A stretch of 64,000 nt of DNA from Pocillopora damicornis. Its lineage: Eukaryota. A program made the position numbers and the translations under genes. The stretch's first letter is position 1; each line of letters begins with the position of its first letter. Positions 48,469 through 62,005 of this stretch are shown here, piece by piece. The notes under the pieces were generated by a model. The model did no database searches. It had not been told where the DNA came from and saw only the letters and a list, made by a program, of their open reading frames with translations. The stretch is from positions 124,001 to 188,000 of the forward strand of contig NW_020847627.1 in NCBI RefSeq assembly GCF_003704095.1. The letters are read 5' to 3'.

Positions 48469-49623
48469 AAGAAGTATTAATTCTAATCTCTCCCTGAATC
48501 TCTATTCTCGCCCGCATAAACCGTGGACTCGACCAAGTCTTTCAAATTAATCCGTTAGATTTCAAAGGACGAGATTCTACACCTGACTAATGAAAGAAAG
48601 GTCAGTTTTGTTCCAAAAAAAATGACCTAATCAATTCACTCCTAGAGTGGAACCTCCTTGAACTATTATAGTGCAGTTATACCTTTGTTTTAAATGTAAA
48701 CAAATTCCAAATTGTATAATAAGTGCAAATTATTTTCATTAACTGAGTACGTCCACAAGGACAAAATACCGTAGAGGATAGACATAAAACTTAGGAAAAG
48801 ACGTCTTTGATTTGGAGCTGCTGAAGGTACATGTAAATTGAAGGAACGCTTGCCTCACAATCATTTCTTGGTAGCGAAAGACCAAACATTTACTTTAGTT
48901 TGCACACCTTCTTGCTAAAGACCCAAAGGAACTATTCAGGGTAATTTGAGACGGAAAATTCTTGTACGAAACCGAAATGCCGGTAAGCGTCCACACAAAA
49001 ACGTACCTTCAAGAATGAAGAATGTTGTATTATGCTACTCGATAAATTTTTTGGACATCTTTTGTGAATGAAGAACCAATCAAAATCCACACCTTTTGGA
49101 GGAAAAGTTTCTTGATTATAAAGGCTGTAATTCTACCTCGAGGTTTCTTTCTTCAACAAAAAGCAAAGTAAAAAAAAGCAAGACTTAAGAACGAAAAAGT
49201 CGGCATTGGAATTTGCGAACTTATTTCACTGCTTCTTTTTTTTTTTTAGAAATGCATAGTGTACAGTGTCCGCTTTGAACGGAACACCACTGTCTCTAAC
49301 TCAGCTCGAGAGTAAGGCAAACCCCATCAAAGTTGTCAAACCCGCAAATTAAAAAGAGACTACAAAAAGATTTCAAACATTGTAAGGCCTCGGTTTTGAG
49401 CGATGATCCCTGTGGAAGATTGATTATATAGATTGTGGAGACTTTGGGATAGCCCAGTTGTGCGCATGTACAAAGATCTCGACACAATGGTATCGCCCGC
49501 GTGCCTTGGCGAAGTCTTGGATAGTAATCCTTTAAGATACAAATCATTACATTTCATCCCTCAGGATAGTAACTGAAACGATACTGCTCCTATAGAACAG
49601 TCTTTCAAGATCACACTACAATG

Positions 49624-50634
49624 TTACAGCGCACACTCACAGTTGCCGTTTGCCTCTGTTTCACTAGATCGTAACGTGCTTGCTCTTCGGCGTCGCTCAG
49701 ATAACATCCTCGAAGTAGCTCGGGTCGATGCCCCATATAAAACTTTCTTTCCAAATAAAGCTAGAAGACCTCGCCTGAAGTCAGGCATCTTGAAGGTGTA
49801 GATAATAGGATTGATGAACGAGTTCATATATTGCATCAATTTAGTGAGGAAAACGAGAGTCAGAATGGATAAAGTGCATCCATTTTCACACAACGTTGGA
49901 ATGAAGATGTTGATGCCTTGGAATGGGAACCAAGTCAAGATGAAAATAGCTGACACAAGAAAAAGTGTTGTTGCTAGTTTCTTGTCTTTTTCCAACGATT
50001 TCTTCGTTTTCTCGTGTATCCTCTGGTTAACCTTGAACCAAATGCCGATATAAGCCAAGCAAATCACCACCACGCAAATGAAGAAAGATACGAGCATAAG
50101 GTACAAGAATATGTTGCTTGAGATCATCTTCTCGTTCACGAGCACTTTTACACACACAAGCACGCCCGCCAGAATCCAGATCATGCTTATCAAGATAAAA
50201 TACAGACAACTTGGTGTAGTTCGATGCCAGTTTGGTAGAACCACTGAGTATAAACGTTCCAATGCAATAGTTGTTAGTGCAAAGATTGAAGCAAATCCTG
50301 AAAAAATGTCCAATAATCTATGAAGTACGTTGATCCACGCGCTATCCAATTCTTCACCTCTTGTGTAAAGAACGAGAGTATGTACAAATATCGGTAATGA
50401 TATTGTACCAACCATCATATCTGCAATCGCCAGGCACAGCAAAAAGTAGTTTGTACGTTTCCGTAGCAACTTGCTCCGCGTGAATACGACTATAGCGAGG
50501 GTATTGCTCATCACAATGAGCATATCGACAATACCAAACGCAAAACACCATCCTATCACCTCCGTGTGTGTGAAGAATGCCTGTCTTGCCCGGCTCTGGT
50601 TATTCACATGGCCGTTGGAATCGTTAACCATCAT
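49624..50634 (-). CDS. Class A orphan GPCR 8, 336 aa, D3.32/K7.39 group
   Basis: 7TM; LAIADMMVG, LDIFSGFASIFALTTIALERLYS, TWFP, ECL3 CENGC, NSFINPIIY; sequons NDS/NQS; acceptor ttttctttcattag 12 nt before the ATG. TM3 is near-identical to GPCR1. Confidence 0.95.
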   Translation of the reverse strand: MMVNDSNGHVNNQSRARQAFFTHTEVIGWCFAFGIVDMLIVMSNTLAIVVFTRSKLLRKRTNYFLLCLAIADMMVGTISLPIFVHTLVLYTRGEELDSAWINVLHRLLDIFSGFASIFALTTIALERLYSVVLPNWHRTTPSCLYFILISMIWILAGVLVCVKVLVNEKMISSNIFLYLMLVSFFICVVVICLAYIGIWFKVNQRIHEKTKKSLEKDKKLATTLFLVSAIFILTWFPFQGINIFIPTLCENGCTLSILTLVFLTKLMQYMNSFINPIIYTFKMPDFRRGLLALFGKKVLYGASTRATSRMLSERRRRASTLRSSETEANGNCECAL

Positions 50635-53600
50635 GGCAATGAGTCACTAATGAAAGAAAAATACGAAATTGTCGATAAGTGTTTTGATTTCTTGGAATTG
50701 CTTTTTTTCCTTATCGTATTTCTTAGCTACAAATGTTTAATAGAGTTCGTTGGAATGACGCCTTTTCTTAAGTTCTTAATCGTTATAGATGGGACCCAAT
50801 CTTGAAGCTCCTGAAACTAACGTAATACGAGGAGTGTGCATGACGCAACTGGAAGAAAAAGTGGTTTTTTTTAAATGAAATGCTTGTTCATCATCGGTTA
50901 CAACTGATCCCAAATCATCTTCCCTATTTCGAGAGTGAAATTTTTTTGCCGAAATGCCCAATACAACAACCTGACAAAGGCTTGTACCCGAATCTGCCAA
51001 ACTGCAGTCCAGCGTGTAAGCCATTAGGTCATCACGCCATCTATTCTTTTGGCATAAAACAATTTCCTCCCAAGTTCACGTCATGAATGACACTACAGGC
51101 GGGCAATTTTGTTGCAAGGGTCACGAAGTAACATTTGAAATGTTACTCATTGACACTCCTTTACAAATGCATCATCACCGTCCATTGCAGGAGTATTGTG
51201 CGCTTGGGTTACTAGCATCCGTCAAATTGAATACGTCTTCAAATTTTAAGAACTCAAAAGTTGTTAGTGTTTGCTTGCGTTTTACAAGTTGGTAATTTGC
51301 ATTTCTCGGCAATCTCATCCGTTCTGGACCATCCTCGATCCAATTTGGATTATTCTTCCCATATTTTTCTATTTTCGTCATGGCATTATATTTGTAGCTT
51401 CCGCAGCAACGAAGTATTGTCACTAAGAAATACAATTATGACAAACTGGTAGTTAAATTGAAACGGAAATAAACGTTCCTCTGAGCTTTACGCTCAATTT
51501 CCGTTGCTTTCTCGAGTGCATTATTAGTTTCCTTCTCCTTTTCGGGGTATGCAAAGGTAACGGCAGCTCGACATGCTTTAAAGCCATGTTTAATCAAGGG
51601 TCTCTTTGGAACTGAATTTATTAGCCAGAGACCTATAAATAAGATTATCGAGGCCAACTCTCATATTCATAATTTACGGCTGAACTTAGAACTGTTATGA
51701 ATTGTGACAACAGTTATGTATGTTTCTTCGGGTAATGATTGTTTTGGAGATTCTTTTTATCTTAAAGAGAAGCTGCGAGAGGGATACGTGACAGCAACAG
51801 GATAACAGGAAGCAAAGTTCAATTTCTCTAAAGAATTTTTAGAATTTTAACTGCCACATATCGCTTGGTGAAGACACAACGTCAGGAACAAAAGCTCCTT
51901 TCGAAAAAAAAAACCTCCGCGAACTAAAGGACCCCAACGAATAATACTGAAAGCTGAGAGCAAATTGAGATGTTTAGGAATAAGCAAAAGCGTGACAGGA
52001 AATGCAACTCAAGATACCACTGAGAATCTGTCCGTCACAAATTAAGTATCGCTTCAATTATAGTAAAAATACAAACTTTCGATTTTAAGTCAAAAGACAC
52101 TTTCTTAATGGGATAAATTTAAGCTGCCTCGAGTTGTCACAAGAGCGAACTACATATAGTAATACCGGATATTCAGGATATTGTAATGCTTGCCAATGTC
52201 CACGAGATACGGAACAACTAACACGTAATAGATTATCTGTCTAGAAATATCAATAGAAATCACTTCGATGCGAAATAATTTACCTCAGGAAGCTGACTAT
52301 CGTAGATTCAGGATAGATGCCATTCTTTTTCTAAAAGCTTTTCTTTGTTCCTACGCAGAAAGCTTCAGCCCGCCTTACAGTGCAAAACGTGCCTTTTCCG
52401 TCGCAGCATATTAAGAATTTACTCTCGTATACATATACGTCCAAAAAGCCACTAGATTAGACATTTGTTCCTCAGTTGGCAAGCAAACTACGAAAGAAGC
52501 AGTCAAGAATGTTTAGGTTACGGTTTTGTGGCGTCGGTGGTACAAAAACATATTTTGCACTCTAACCTCCGGAATCATGCCAAGATTGTTGACGTTCTGT
52601 TTGAATCACTTGACGTATCTTCACATTATTCCGTGATAAATTTATCCTTTCTTCCTAAAAAGAGAGAAGGCTTCTATTGTCACCAAGAGCCTAATTACTT
52701 TAAGTAATGATGCGACCACGCTAAAATTGGGTTTTTTACTGAGTCAGTATGCTTTTTGTTTGTAGTTCGAAACGATTAAAATTGTAACCATTTCCGTCAG
52801 CCGCAAAATGAAATATGGTAAAGCGAATATAAGTGGTTTGATAAGCTTCTATAGTTGTCAAAACATTATAATGATCACGCTTTCTTCTCTCTTCAAAAGA
52901 CCGTACTGACGACGTCCCTTCTCCTTTTTAAACCTAACCAAACAGGAAGAAGAGATAGCAATAAATGGCTCCTATATTGCGTTGGTGCAGTTTGGCCCCC
53001 TTTTCATAGACCTATGTTTGTCTTACTTGTTTGTTTTTTAGCGCAGAATATTTCCTATATTTCATAAGGTGAACTGATATATAAAGGAAAAAGCCCTGAC
53101 TACTTGAACGTGAAACCAATACTGCACAATAGAAAATTGATGAAACAATCAGATCCGAAGCACGCAATCGAGTATTAAAGCCGTTTTCGCGGAGCTGAAT
53201 TTGACACCACTTTCGATGGATAATTTTTTTTGGATAAGTTTTTTTAATATTTTTTAAGACGATTTGCCGTTGAATGACATTTATTCTCCAGATTTCACCC
53301 ACTGGTCGTAAACAATTTTAAGACACGCCGAAGTTATGTTATTTTCCTGATAATCTACAGCTCTGCCTTTGAATAGATTTACGTGATAACTGACATAAAG
53401 AGTTTGCTTTAAAGTTAAGCGTTAGATACTCGAGTTTTCCTGTAAATAATAAGATCGTAGTTTACGCTAGTGGAGGTAAGGTCAAAACTCGAATTTTTAG
53501 TCTACACCCTGTTGGCGATGACGATCAAGATGTATTGACAGCGGAGAAATTCAACACCAAACGACGATTAAATTCATTTTAACAGTTAAGTTGTTTTACG

Positions 53601-56600
53601 AATTAATATCTCGTGTTACTACTTAAAAACAAGCTTTATCATTATCTTCAATCACTAAAAAAGCAAATGGAATCCAAACGCCTATGTGAAAGTTTAAATC
53701 ATAAACAAGGTGTGCTGGCCTACATGTTTAGTCTTATTATCTGAACTCTGCGGGTGAAACCTTCCAAAAAAAACCATCGATCATATGATCATAGTCTGCA
53801 TATTCTAAGAATCACTCCTTGTCGTTTATTTCAAACATTTAAAACTGGAGAAAACCGTGTCGAGTGTCTCAAACAGCAAAAGCGACCCAAGGAAAAAAAG
53901 CCTACCAGTGATTTCAGGGCCAAAGGTGAGTGCAATGTCGTCTATTTATTTACGTCTCTCTCGTGTTAATACTACGGAAAATTCAATCTTAAGGGTATTC
54001 GCAAGCCAAAATAATACGCTTTGGTTACATTGCTTTTCAGAAACATCGCGATGAGGCTCGCAGGGTTGTCTTCAAACGGTCAACGAAGAATGCAAAGCAC
54101 TCGACGGAATTTTTAGTTGTACACTGTCGCATACTGTGAACCATAAGCGAAGACACTATCAATACTCGGCCGTACGGTGTTTTCATCTCGTGTTTCACTC
54201 GATGGAAATGATACAGATATCTCGAGCGCAATCCACCGAAATGGCTTCAATGCTCACTTGATGATTCGATAATTGCGAAAGTAAACAAGGAGAAGGTAAA
54301 AAGCATCGAAAAAAAAACTATGATTGAGGAAAATGTCATTCATTTGCCAAGATCGTTCGTGTGATGCGCGCACCAAGTTTTTATAGAACAGCACACCGCC
54401 ATGTATCGACAGCTGTAGTTTGATAAATAACACAATCTGGAGAATTTCACGTTTGCCCAAACTTTAAGTGAATCTATGAGCGGGTTCAACTTACCAATCC
54501 AACATGTCCCCTTGTGAATCCAACGCTTTCACGAGAATTCTGTTGCATCTTACATAACAGAGTAGATGAGCGATGGCTGTTCTTTGCGAAAGCAGGAACT
54601 GAGCGATTACGTGACGGCTTCGGTTCATTTGATCCGATTAATAAAAAAGTTCTCCTATGTGTCTTCTTAAAGATTAACCTTGCATTGTTTTGAGATTTGA
54701 GTTGTTAATCTTTAGAGAGGGCGCTTAGCTCGAAGGCCATAGGCGAGCCACCCTACGCGTTCCTTAAAAGTGAAGCAATCCGCGGATATCAAGAGAAATA
54801 AAATTGACGGTTATGAAGACAGCCCTGAATGACATCTATATACGCTGTTCTTGGTCTAAACATTTCGGTTATCGTATAATATAGTGAACTTTATTCCACT
54901 AATGCGTATCATCTGAATGTTTGTCTGTTTGTTTGTATTTTAATATAAAAGTACGAGAGTTGGTGTTAAGTCCATGTGTAAAAGGAGGAAACTTTTTTTG
55001 AGTTTTTTTAGCCAGACATGACGCATCAGGTGTAATATTTGCATTATTCAGTGTTTTTTTCACAGCTCTCGCATGGTTCTCTTGATTCCCACAGTTCGTT
55101 TCGTTCATGCATGTCAACAGCCACGATGGGTGGCCCGCCCGTGCCTATATTATTGCGTTTCCATTCTCATCGATTCTCGTGCTTATCACCCTTTTTCTCT
55201 GCTTAGATTGTTTTTGTTTTTTTTTTTCTGTGAAACACGCCGTTATCTTTGCTTTTTTCAGGAAAATACGCAGCCAAACCAATCTAAATACGTGGATTCA
55301 CAGGTAATTATTCATTGGTAACAAGTACTTCATCAAAAAGAAAAAATATTACTGATTAACTATGAGGCGCTGAAATATTTATGAATGCTCTACCAAACTT
55401 ATGTTTGGCTAATTAGAGATTGTCTCATAATTTTTGCAAACGGTACAAAACTATACAAGATCGTTTTCTCTTGAGGACAACTGAGTCTGAATTACCTTGA
55501 GATTGAGGAACCTTAATCGATTTCTTTTTCAATTGCACCAACGACTCTAGACGCGCGCTCACAGTCGAAGTCTTTGGTTAATCTCTTTGGTTTACATGGT
55601 TAACATTATGAGATCGATAAAGAAGATTGACTTCAAGATATTTGCAGCTCGAAGAACTGATAAAAATCCTGCACAAGTATGGGTCGAAGTTATTATTTAA
55701 AAGAGCTTTGTTCATCTTAGACACCTGCTTCTGTTATCTTTATGAAGGAATTGAAAAAAGAACATTCAAATGTTTAGAAAAATGAATGGACTGCCCTGTT
55801 TTATTAATTATAGCTTTCATAGAATAGCTGAAGGCTATGATTTGACCAATGCCCCCTACATGCATAATTAAAACAATATTTCTCATCAGTTCCTCACATA
55901 TTTATTCAGTAGCTTTCGAATAAAGCAGTCTACTTGAACCTTAAACCGAGATTAAAATCGATCTCAATTTGATCTTTGTAGGCCTTGGCAGTGAAACTTC
56001 AAGAAAATTAGTTTTTAGCAGCATTTCAAATCAGACAAAACTGCATTGAGTCACTCTCCATAAATATTACGAAAAACTCGCATTAAGAAACCGTTCGTGA
56101 ACCTCTTAGTTACCAACGGGTACATTAAAAAAGAGCGCCAGCGCAGTGGTCCTGTTTTTCTTTAACATCTCTCGTTTTTGTTTAAGTTTTAAGGGAAACT
56201 GGACGCGTCTTTAATGTGCGGCATCCCAATTTATTTCCTGTTTTCATTTTCTTTGCCGTGTAAATGCATTAAAATGAACTTATCTTATGCAATTTACCTG
56301 CGGTCGTCCTAATGCTTTGTCGAAAAAGACCATTTGCTACGCCAACTACAATTTGTATTCCTTGCATGTTTTATCTGCCCAGTGTTCTATTTTCAGTTGC
56401 AGGTGAACACAATCCTTAAAAACCTTCATCTGATGTGGTTGTCTGACTTTTTTTTCTTGATTAAACTTATGAAAATTTTATCATCTCCGGTGTTAAACCA
56501 AATCCACGAAAGGATCTTCAGTGCTATTATGATCGAATTTTTACTATATTTATCGTTAAAAATATATTTAAATAATGATGTATGATATAAAAAAAATGAG

Positions 56601-59600
56601 ACAATTTTGGATAAGTATTTCCATAACAAAAATCACCATGAAGTTTGTAAAGGCAGGTATGGCCTAATCAAAGTCTAATCTGCTTGCAAATCAGTTTGAA
56701 ACTACACCTACTACAGTAAAAGGACAAAAGCGCACTAAAAAATGGCTTAGAAGCGGGTGAATTTAAATGTATTCAGAGAAAATAAGCAATTTATCTAAAT
56801 TGTGCGATTTAATTCTAGTTATCACTAGAGGCCCATTAAATTTACATTCGCTTTTTCGAAACCGCGACAGAAAACTAAATTTTAACTACATGTAAGCCCG
56901 CGGTGACCATCAATTGCGAGTCGCCCACATTCCCGCCATCTGCAATCTCTTAAAATGGAGAGAGTTCTTTATTCGGTTTGTATTAAATTGGTTTGGTTCA
57001 CCACTCAGACTACCCACGCCGGCTGGTTATTGGCTTTAACAACAACAAAATTTTAAAAAATGCACGAAAAGATAGGGCGTTTTTATTTCTGGATTTTCTT
57101 AGGGGGAATTTTATCAAAAGGCAAACGCCTCACGGCAAAAAAATGACTTCCTTTTCGAATGCTTCAAGCTGTCTTTGCACTTCATTGAGAATATTTGAAT
57201 ATAATTTGCGCAGGAAATATTTTCAAATTTTCCTTCGGTAATATTGATAGTGAAATTGGGTAAAGTCAGAGTTCATTTTTCCCGTTTGTTTTCGGTAAAC
57301 GCTCTACTTGAAAATACAAAGTGAATCAATGTTATACTCACCAGTTCAGGAGAAAACAGTATCAATTTTCAGCCTATTTTTCAACCCTACTCATGGGTGA
57401 TATGATATAACTAATGGTTGCCATCCGTGCTCAGGCTCTGCAACTGATGGGCACTTAGTCAGAGACTAAGTAAAGTGTATCTTATGCTATAAACTTTGCT
57501 CGTTTCCTTTTCCGGTGGAAACCAACGGAGAAAAATACTTGACTGTGGAACTTCATAACCAACATAATTCACTGATTAAAAACAGATATTAGTAGGAAGC
57601 CTTCTTAATGTCTGCAAAACGCGCCTGTACTAAGAGACAATTTATTCTAAGAGAACGACATGATGTATCCAGGGCGATGTTTGTGCACGCTACGCTAGCT
57701 TATCAGTTTCGCGGTTTTCCAAAGAACATTAACAATGCAAATTTCACTCGACATAAGATTTCTTTGTTTACCGTTGTAATGACTTTTTCAATAACATGTT
57801 CGTAACCTTTTATCTTTAGTAACTTTGATCATTTTCCTCCAAATGTGACGTTGTCTCGGAAAACTACGTCGAGTTCTAAGGATGACACAAATTAGGAAAA
57901 ATTTCAATTTTCTACTTGTTGTCATAAACTGTGTATTTTCACCTAAAGAGGTCTTATCAAAATTTCGAAAATAACATCGCCGCAATGCCGGATATTTGCG
58001 AACGTCTTTGAAGTAAACACACTTGTACCAGTCGTAAAAGAAACTTCTCTAAACGCATTAAAACATCTAAAAGTCGACAAACTGAAATGTATTTCGTACG
58101 TGCTTGAATCTAACAATAGGTTGGCAGAACGAAATTAAAAACACGACTGGAATCTTCGATCGACGAAGCTTGGATGCAGAAGTGAGCCGATCATCTATGA
58201 ATATTCAATTAAGGGTCTTAAGTCTTCTTCTAGAACCTGGCATTTTAAAATTCGTGTGTGTATTTGGCAGTCTCTTTATGCATGACTTTAGCAGTTTTAA
58301 TTGCAATCTTCATGAGTAAGAAAACAGTTCCAGGAAAGGGTTTCCGGAAAAGTTTAATACATCGACAGAATACTATTCATACACCGCTATTATTATGCAA
58401 TTACGATTAAAAGACGCAGGCTTTATCAATGTCGCCTGTTATAAACTTACAAATTGTAAACAGGCAATAAAAAATTTGCGTGAAAATTCAGTGCGGAATA
58501 AAAGGTGACTGCTTATGTATATGCGCTCTCTGAGTACTGCTTCATAAACGCGCATTTGAGCATCTTTTTCTAGTAATGATCCATGATTTCACGTCGGCGG
58601 TGCCCATAAAACTACAAACTTGATTAAAATCGTTGCCCATTCAAAGAGACTAATCATGGTATATACATTGCTTTGTGCATTTACTTTCAAAGAGCAAATG
58701 GTACATCGCCCCTAAGCCAAGTGTTACATAGAACCTCTGAATGAAGATTTGATTTCATCATTAGTGTTAGTATTATCTGTATTATTTTTCAATTTTTTTT
58801 AGGAATAATTATACTGTCTAACGACGATGCTAGCATTCTCCAGGTCACAGACGTTTTCACCTTTCATTACTTTGGTATCAAAAACTTGTAAATTATTTGT
58901 AAACATTGATGAATTTAATGTCTTTATAGATCTGTTCTGAACTTTCCCCTCGTTTTACTTTCGAAAAGGTGTCGCACGTCGTGGAAGTAAGAACACTAAC
59001 AGTTAATTGTGCCGCTCTATTTTGAAACAAATGGAACTCATGCATACAAAACAGCTGGACGTGGCGTGAATTTTGACATGATAGACCGATCGTGGTTTTC
59101 GTTTACGAGGTTTTAACATGTGTTCAAAATATCCCGCTCTCAGGCTACCCGTCATGTTTCGCCAATATGAAACCCTGCAGGTAATTTGTCTATCTGGGTC
59201 TGTTATGGCTATTTAATTAAAAGACATTGATCCTTGGCAAGAAATTTTGCTGCATCATTTTGCGTCATGTTTTTTACCTTACCCTGCCTTGAGACTAAGC
59301 CATGAAGTAAGTTCAAATAAAAGCCAAAAGGTATATATCGGCTACATAAAGTTACCAGAAATAATGCGATTTAAGGGAACCTTGAAATTACGGCATTTCT
59401 ATAGCAACTCTGGGGTGTCCGAGCAATTTCATACGATAACAGCCTTCACGTTATAGCAGTTAAATAGTAAGATAAATAAAAGCACTACAGTGCAGCCTAT
59501 GGCCTCGTCATGATCAGTTGAAAATGAATCAGAACGCCGAATGATGGACAATCGCTGTGGCATCTTCAATCAAATCCCTTTTGGTGAGAACAATTGTAAT

Positions 59601-61083
59601 GATAACCACACAATCGTTTTCACTTGCCATGGCACAACGCGGGCGGGCTCCAGAAATTATGAAGATCGCAGCGGTGGCTCGACAGTAAGCAGGATAATGA
59701 GCGTCGAAAATTTAGTTATCAAAAATTTTTACCTTTAACTTTATCAAAGGAAGAGTTAATACCTCCTGCCCTCCGCTCGGGTGATCATCTAAATTGAGTA
59801 TGGCAAACACTTCACGTACTTTTGCCTTGTCACTTTGTGCTAAAATGGACCCTCGACCGCGTCGTGACATATATGCAAATCGCTCAGCCGCTTTTATACT
59901 TTTGTGTTGGTTTACGTGCGTGGACAATAGGCTAATTGAATATCTGAAAAAGTTGTTTATAGAACTACCTTTACTCCTTACTTGACTCAAGACGCTTGTG
60001 CTTTCCAACTTTGAAGCGCAGTTAACCGTTAACACCTGTTGGTAGTTGTTCTCGTTTCCTCGGTTCAAAGTAAGCGAGATATAGTAAAAAATTTGAGGGT
60101 GAACGTAACGGTGTAAGCGTTATCCACCTGGGGCAATATCAGCTAATGCTTGGATGATTAAATTTTTTGCTCTAGTGATACCCACGAGATGCAAGTACTC
60201 TCGTCCAACTTGAACAAGTTTGATCCATTTCCATTGTGAACGCAAGCGATTTACGCGGGCGGGGAAAAGGCCCCGGGCAGATCGACTTTTATACTAACAA
60301 CGCGTTACTCGCCTTTGCACTTCAAGTAATGACGTCTGCATTTTTCATTTACTTTTGGCTGATAATCACCTAGCTGTATGAGCTATGCACCCGGTCTCCT
60401 ATTAGAGGATTTGGCTTTTGACGCAGTCGGTCGCCACTTGCAGCCTGCTGATGTTAATCACCGATAGCTAATGCGGCACGTGTTTTACCGTATGGCAAAG
60501 TACAAATTTGAGGTTATGTACCTTTTGGAGGTTTGGACGGTCAAGATTTGATGAAACAAGAAGTTTGTCGTTCTAGAAACCGTAGCTAAGCACAAAGCAG
60601 ACGAATGATCGCTCTTTTACAGCCCTGTGCCCGCTGCAACTATTAATTCATAAATATACAAGATCATCTGCACACTCAAAAACAATCGAACATTTAATAA
60701 TACCGCGCAGATATTTCTGACCAAAGGATCTACATTTTTAGATACTGATTATTAACAACTGATAGATGACATTGAGCGTAAAGCGTTTTATTTGTTTGAA
60801 TAACCGTTGATTCCATATCATCCAAAGGTTCAGTTAATTTACGTTCATTTAATTATATCGAGCTGCGGCTATTTGCTCTCACACACCTGGAGGTGTCTGT
60901 CAAAAATTGAAGCTTGCTCCAAAAAAAATTCCAAAAAATAGGTGAACCAGCTACCAGAAAGAAAATAGATGTAAAAAAAAAAGAACATCAATCTTATTTA
61001 ACACCCAAAATTTAATTATTTCATCCCGCGGTAACAGTTGATCGTGCGATCTAATCGACAGTTGTCGTTAGCAACTAACCTTG

Positions 61084-61133
61084 GCGGAAGTCAATGATGA
61101 TGACTTCCGTTCAGGTTATCGAAATGTGGGTCA
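61084..61133 (+). mobile_element. Degenerate fragment of a second hammerhead-bearing repeat family
   Basis: GCGGAAGTCA inverted against TGACTTCCG; relic core aTGATGA-t-GAC...ATC-GAAAtgt. Confidence 0.45.
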
Positions 61134-61246
61134 CTGCTTTTCTGGCACTCCCAAATTATGTGTTCCGCTACTTTATTGATTATGAACGAAGCGTTTTACT
61201 AAAGCTTTTTCCAAATGAAAGATAATCAACCGGATTGAATTTCAAT

Positions 61247-61306
61247 TTTTAACTCTTTCAGGTGGCCAATTTACGTTTTCAACTCAGTCGTTAACACCAA
61301 ATTACC
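61247..61306 (+). mobile_element. 60-bp fragment of the Penelope-type repeat with perfect 11-bp TSD
   Basis: Homologous to about 8736-8795; flanked by TGAATTTCAAT at 61236-61246 and 61307-61317. Confidence 0.75.
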
Positions 61307-62005
61307 TGAATTTCAATAGCCTCGATTATACTCCCACAAAGAATAACGTCTCAGTTAAAAACGTTATAACTGATACCGATTGATAAAGGTTTTTTCAAAC
61401 GCACAACGCAATGACAATTCGTAATATAAATTGATTCCTTTGAAAAGAAAAATTATCATTGTGAGATGACGAGCAGCTTTGGTAACAAAAGCACGCAATT
61501 TATATCTTACTGTTTGTTTCAATAAAGTTCAGTAGGAAGCACGAAACGTTCATTTCAGGTTTTCCCAATCCCATAGGGATTGTATAATGCATGAAACAAG
61601 AATTGCAACGTGACTTTCATAAAAAGTTAAAGCTTACTGAATAGAAGTTAAGCTTTGCTTTCGTTTGCTGGGTCTTTCAAAATGTGTTACCTCATCTTTA
61701 GACGAAAAGACTCATCTCATGCCGTATGACTGAGGTGTTTTAAACTGACATTCTTTTTAAACTGTTTTTAAATCAGTTTTTTTCTTTTTAGTGACTCTTT
61801 TGTGCGTGCGGCACTCCACTAAATATTAAATCTTTTTCTCTATTTTCATGCGTCAGGCGTCGACAGGTGTCACCATACCCACTGGTACTTTAATTGTAAG
61901 GAAGCTGTTAATTTCTTCATTGGCACTTCAGATATTGGCCCCAACTAATTATTGCTCCGTTTCCTTTATGTGTAAAGTCAACCACTATCAAATCAATACA
62001 ATCAA

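Noticed and set aside
49627-49641. CaaX prenylation motif at the GPCR8 C-terminus (CECAL)
   Set aside because: Cys is fifth and third from the end, not fourth.
21740-50551. Antisense and alternate-frame ORFs overlapping the GPCR CDSs
   Set aside because: Expected shadows of coding sequence; no recognisable motifs.
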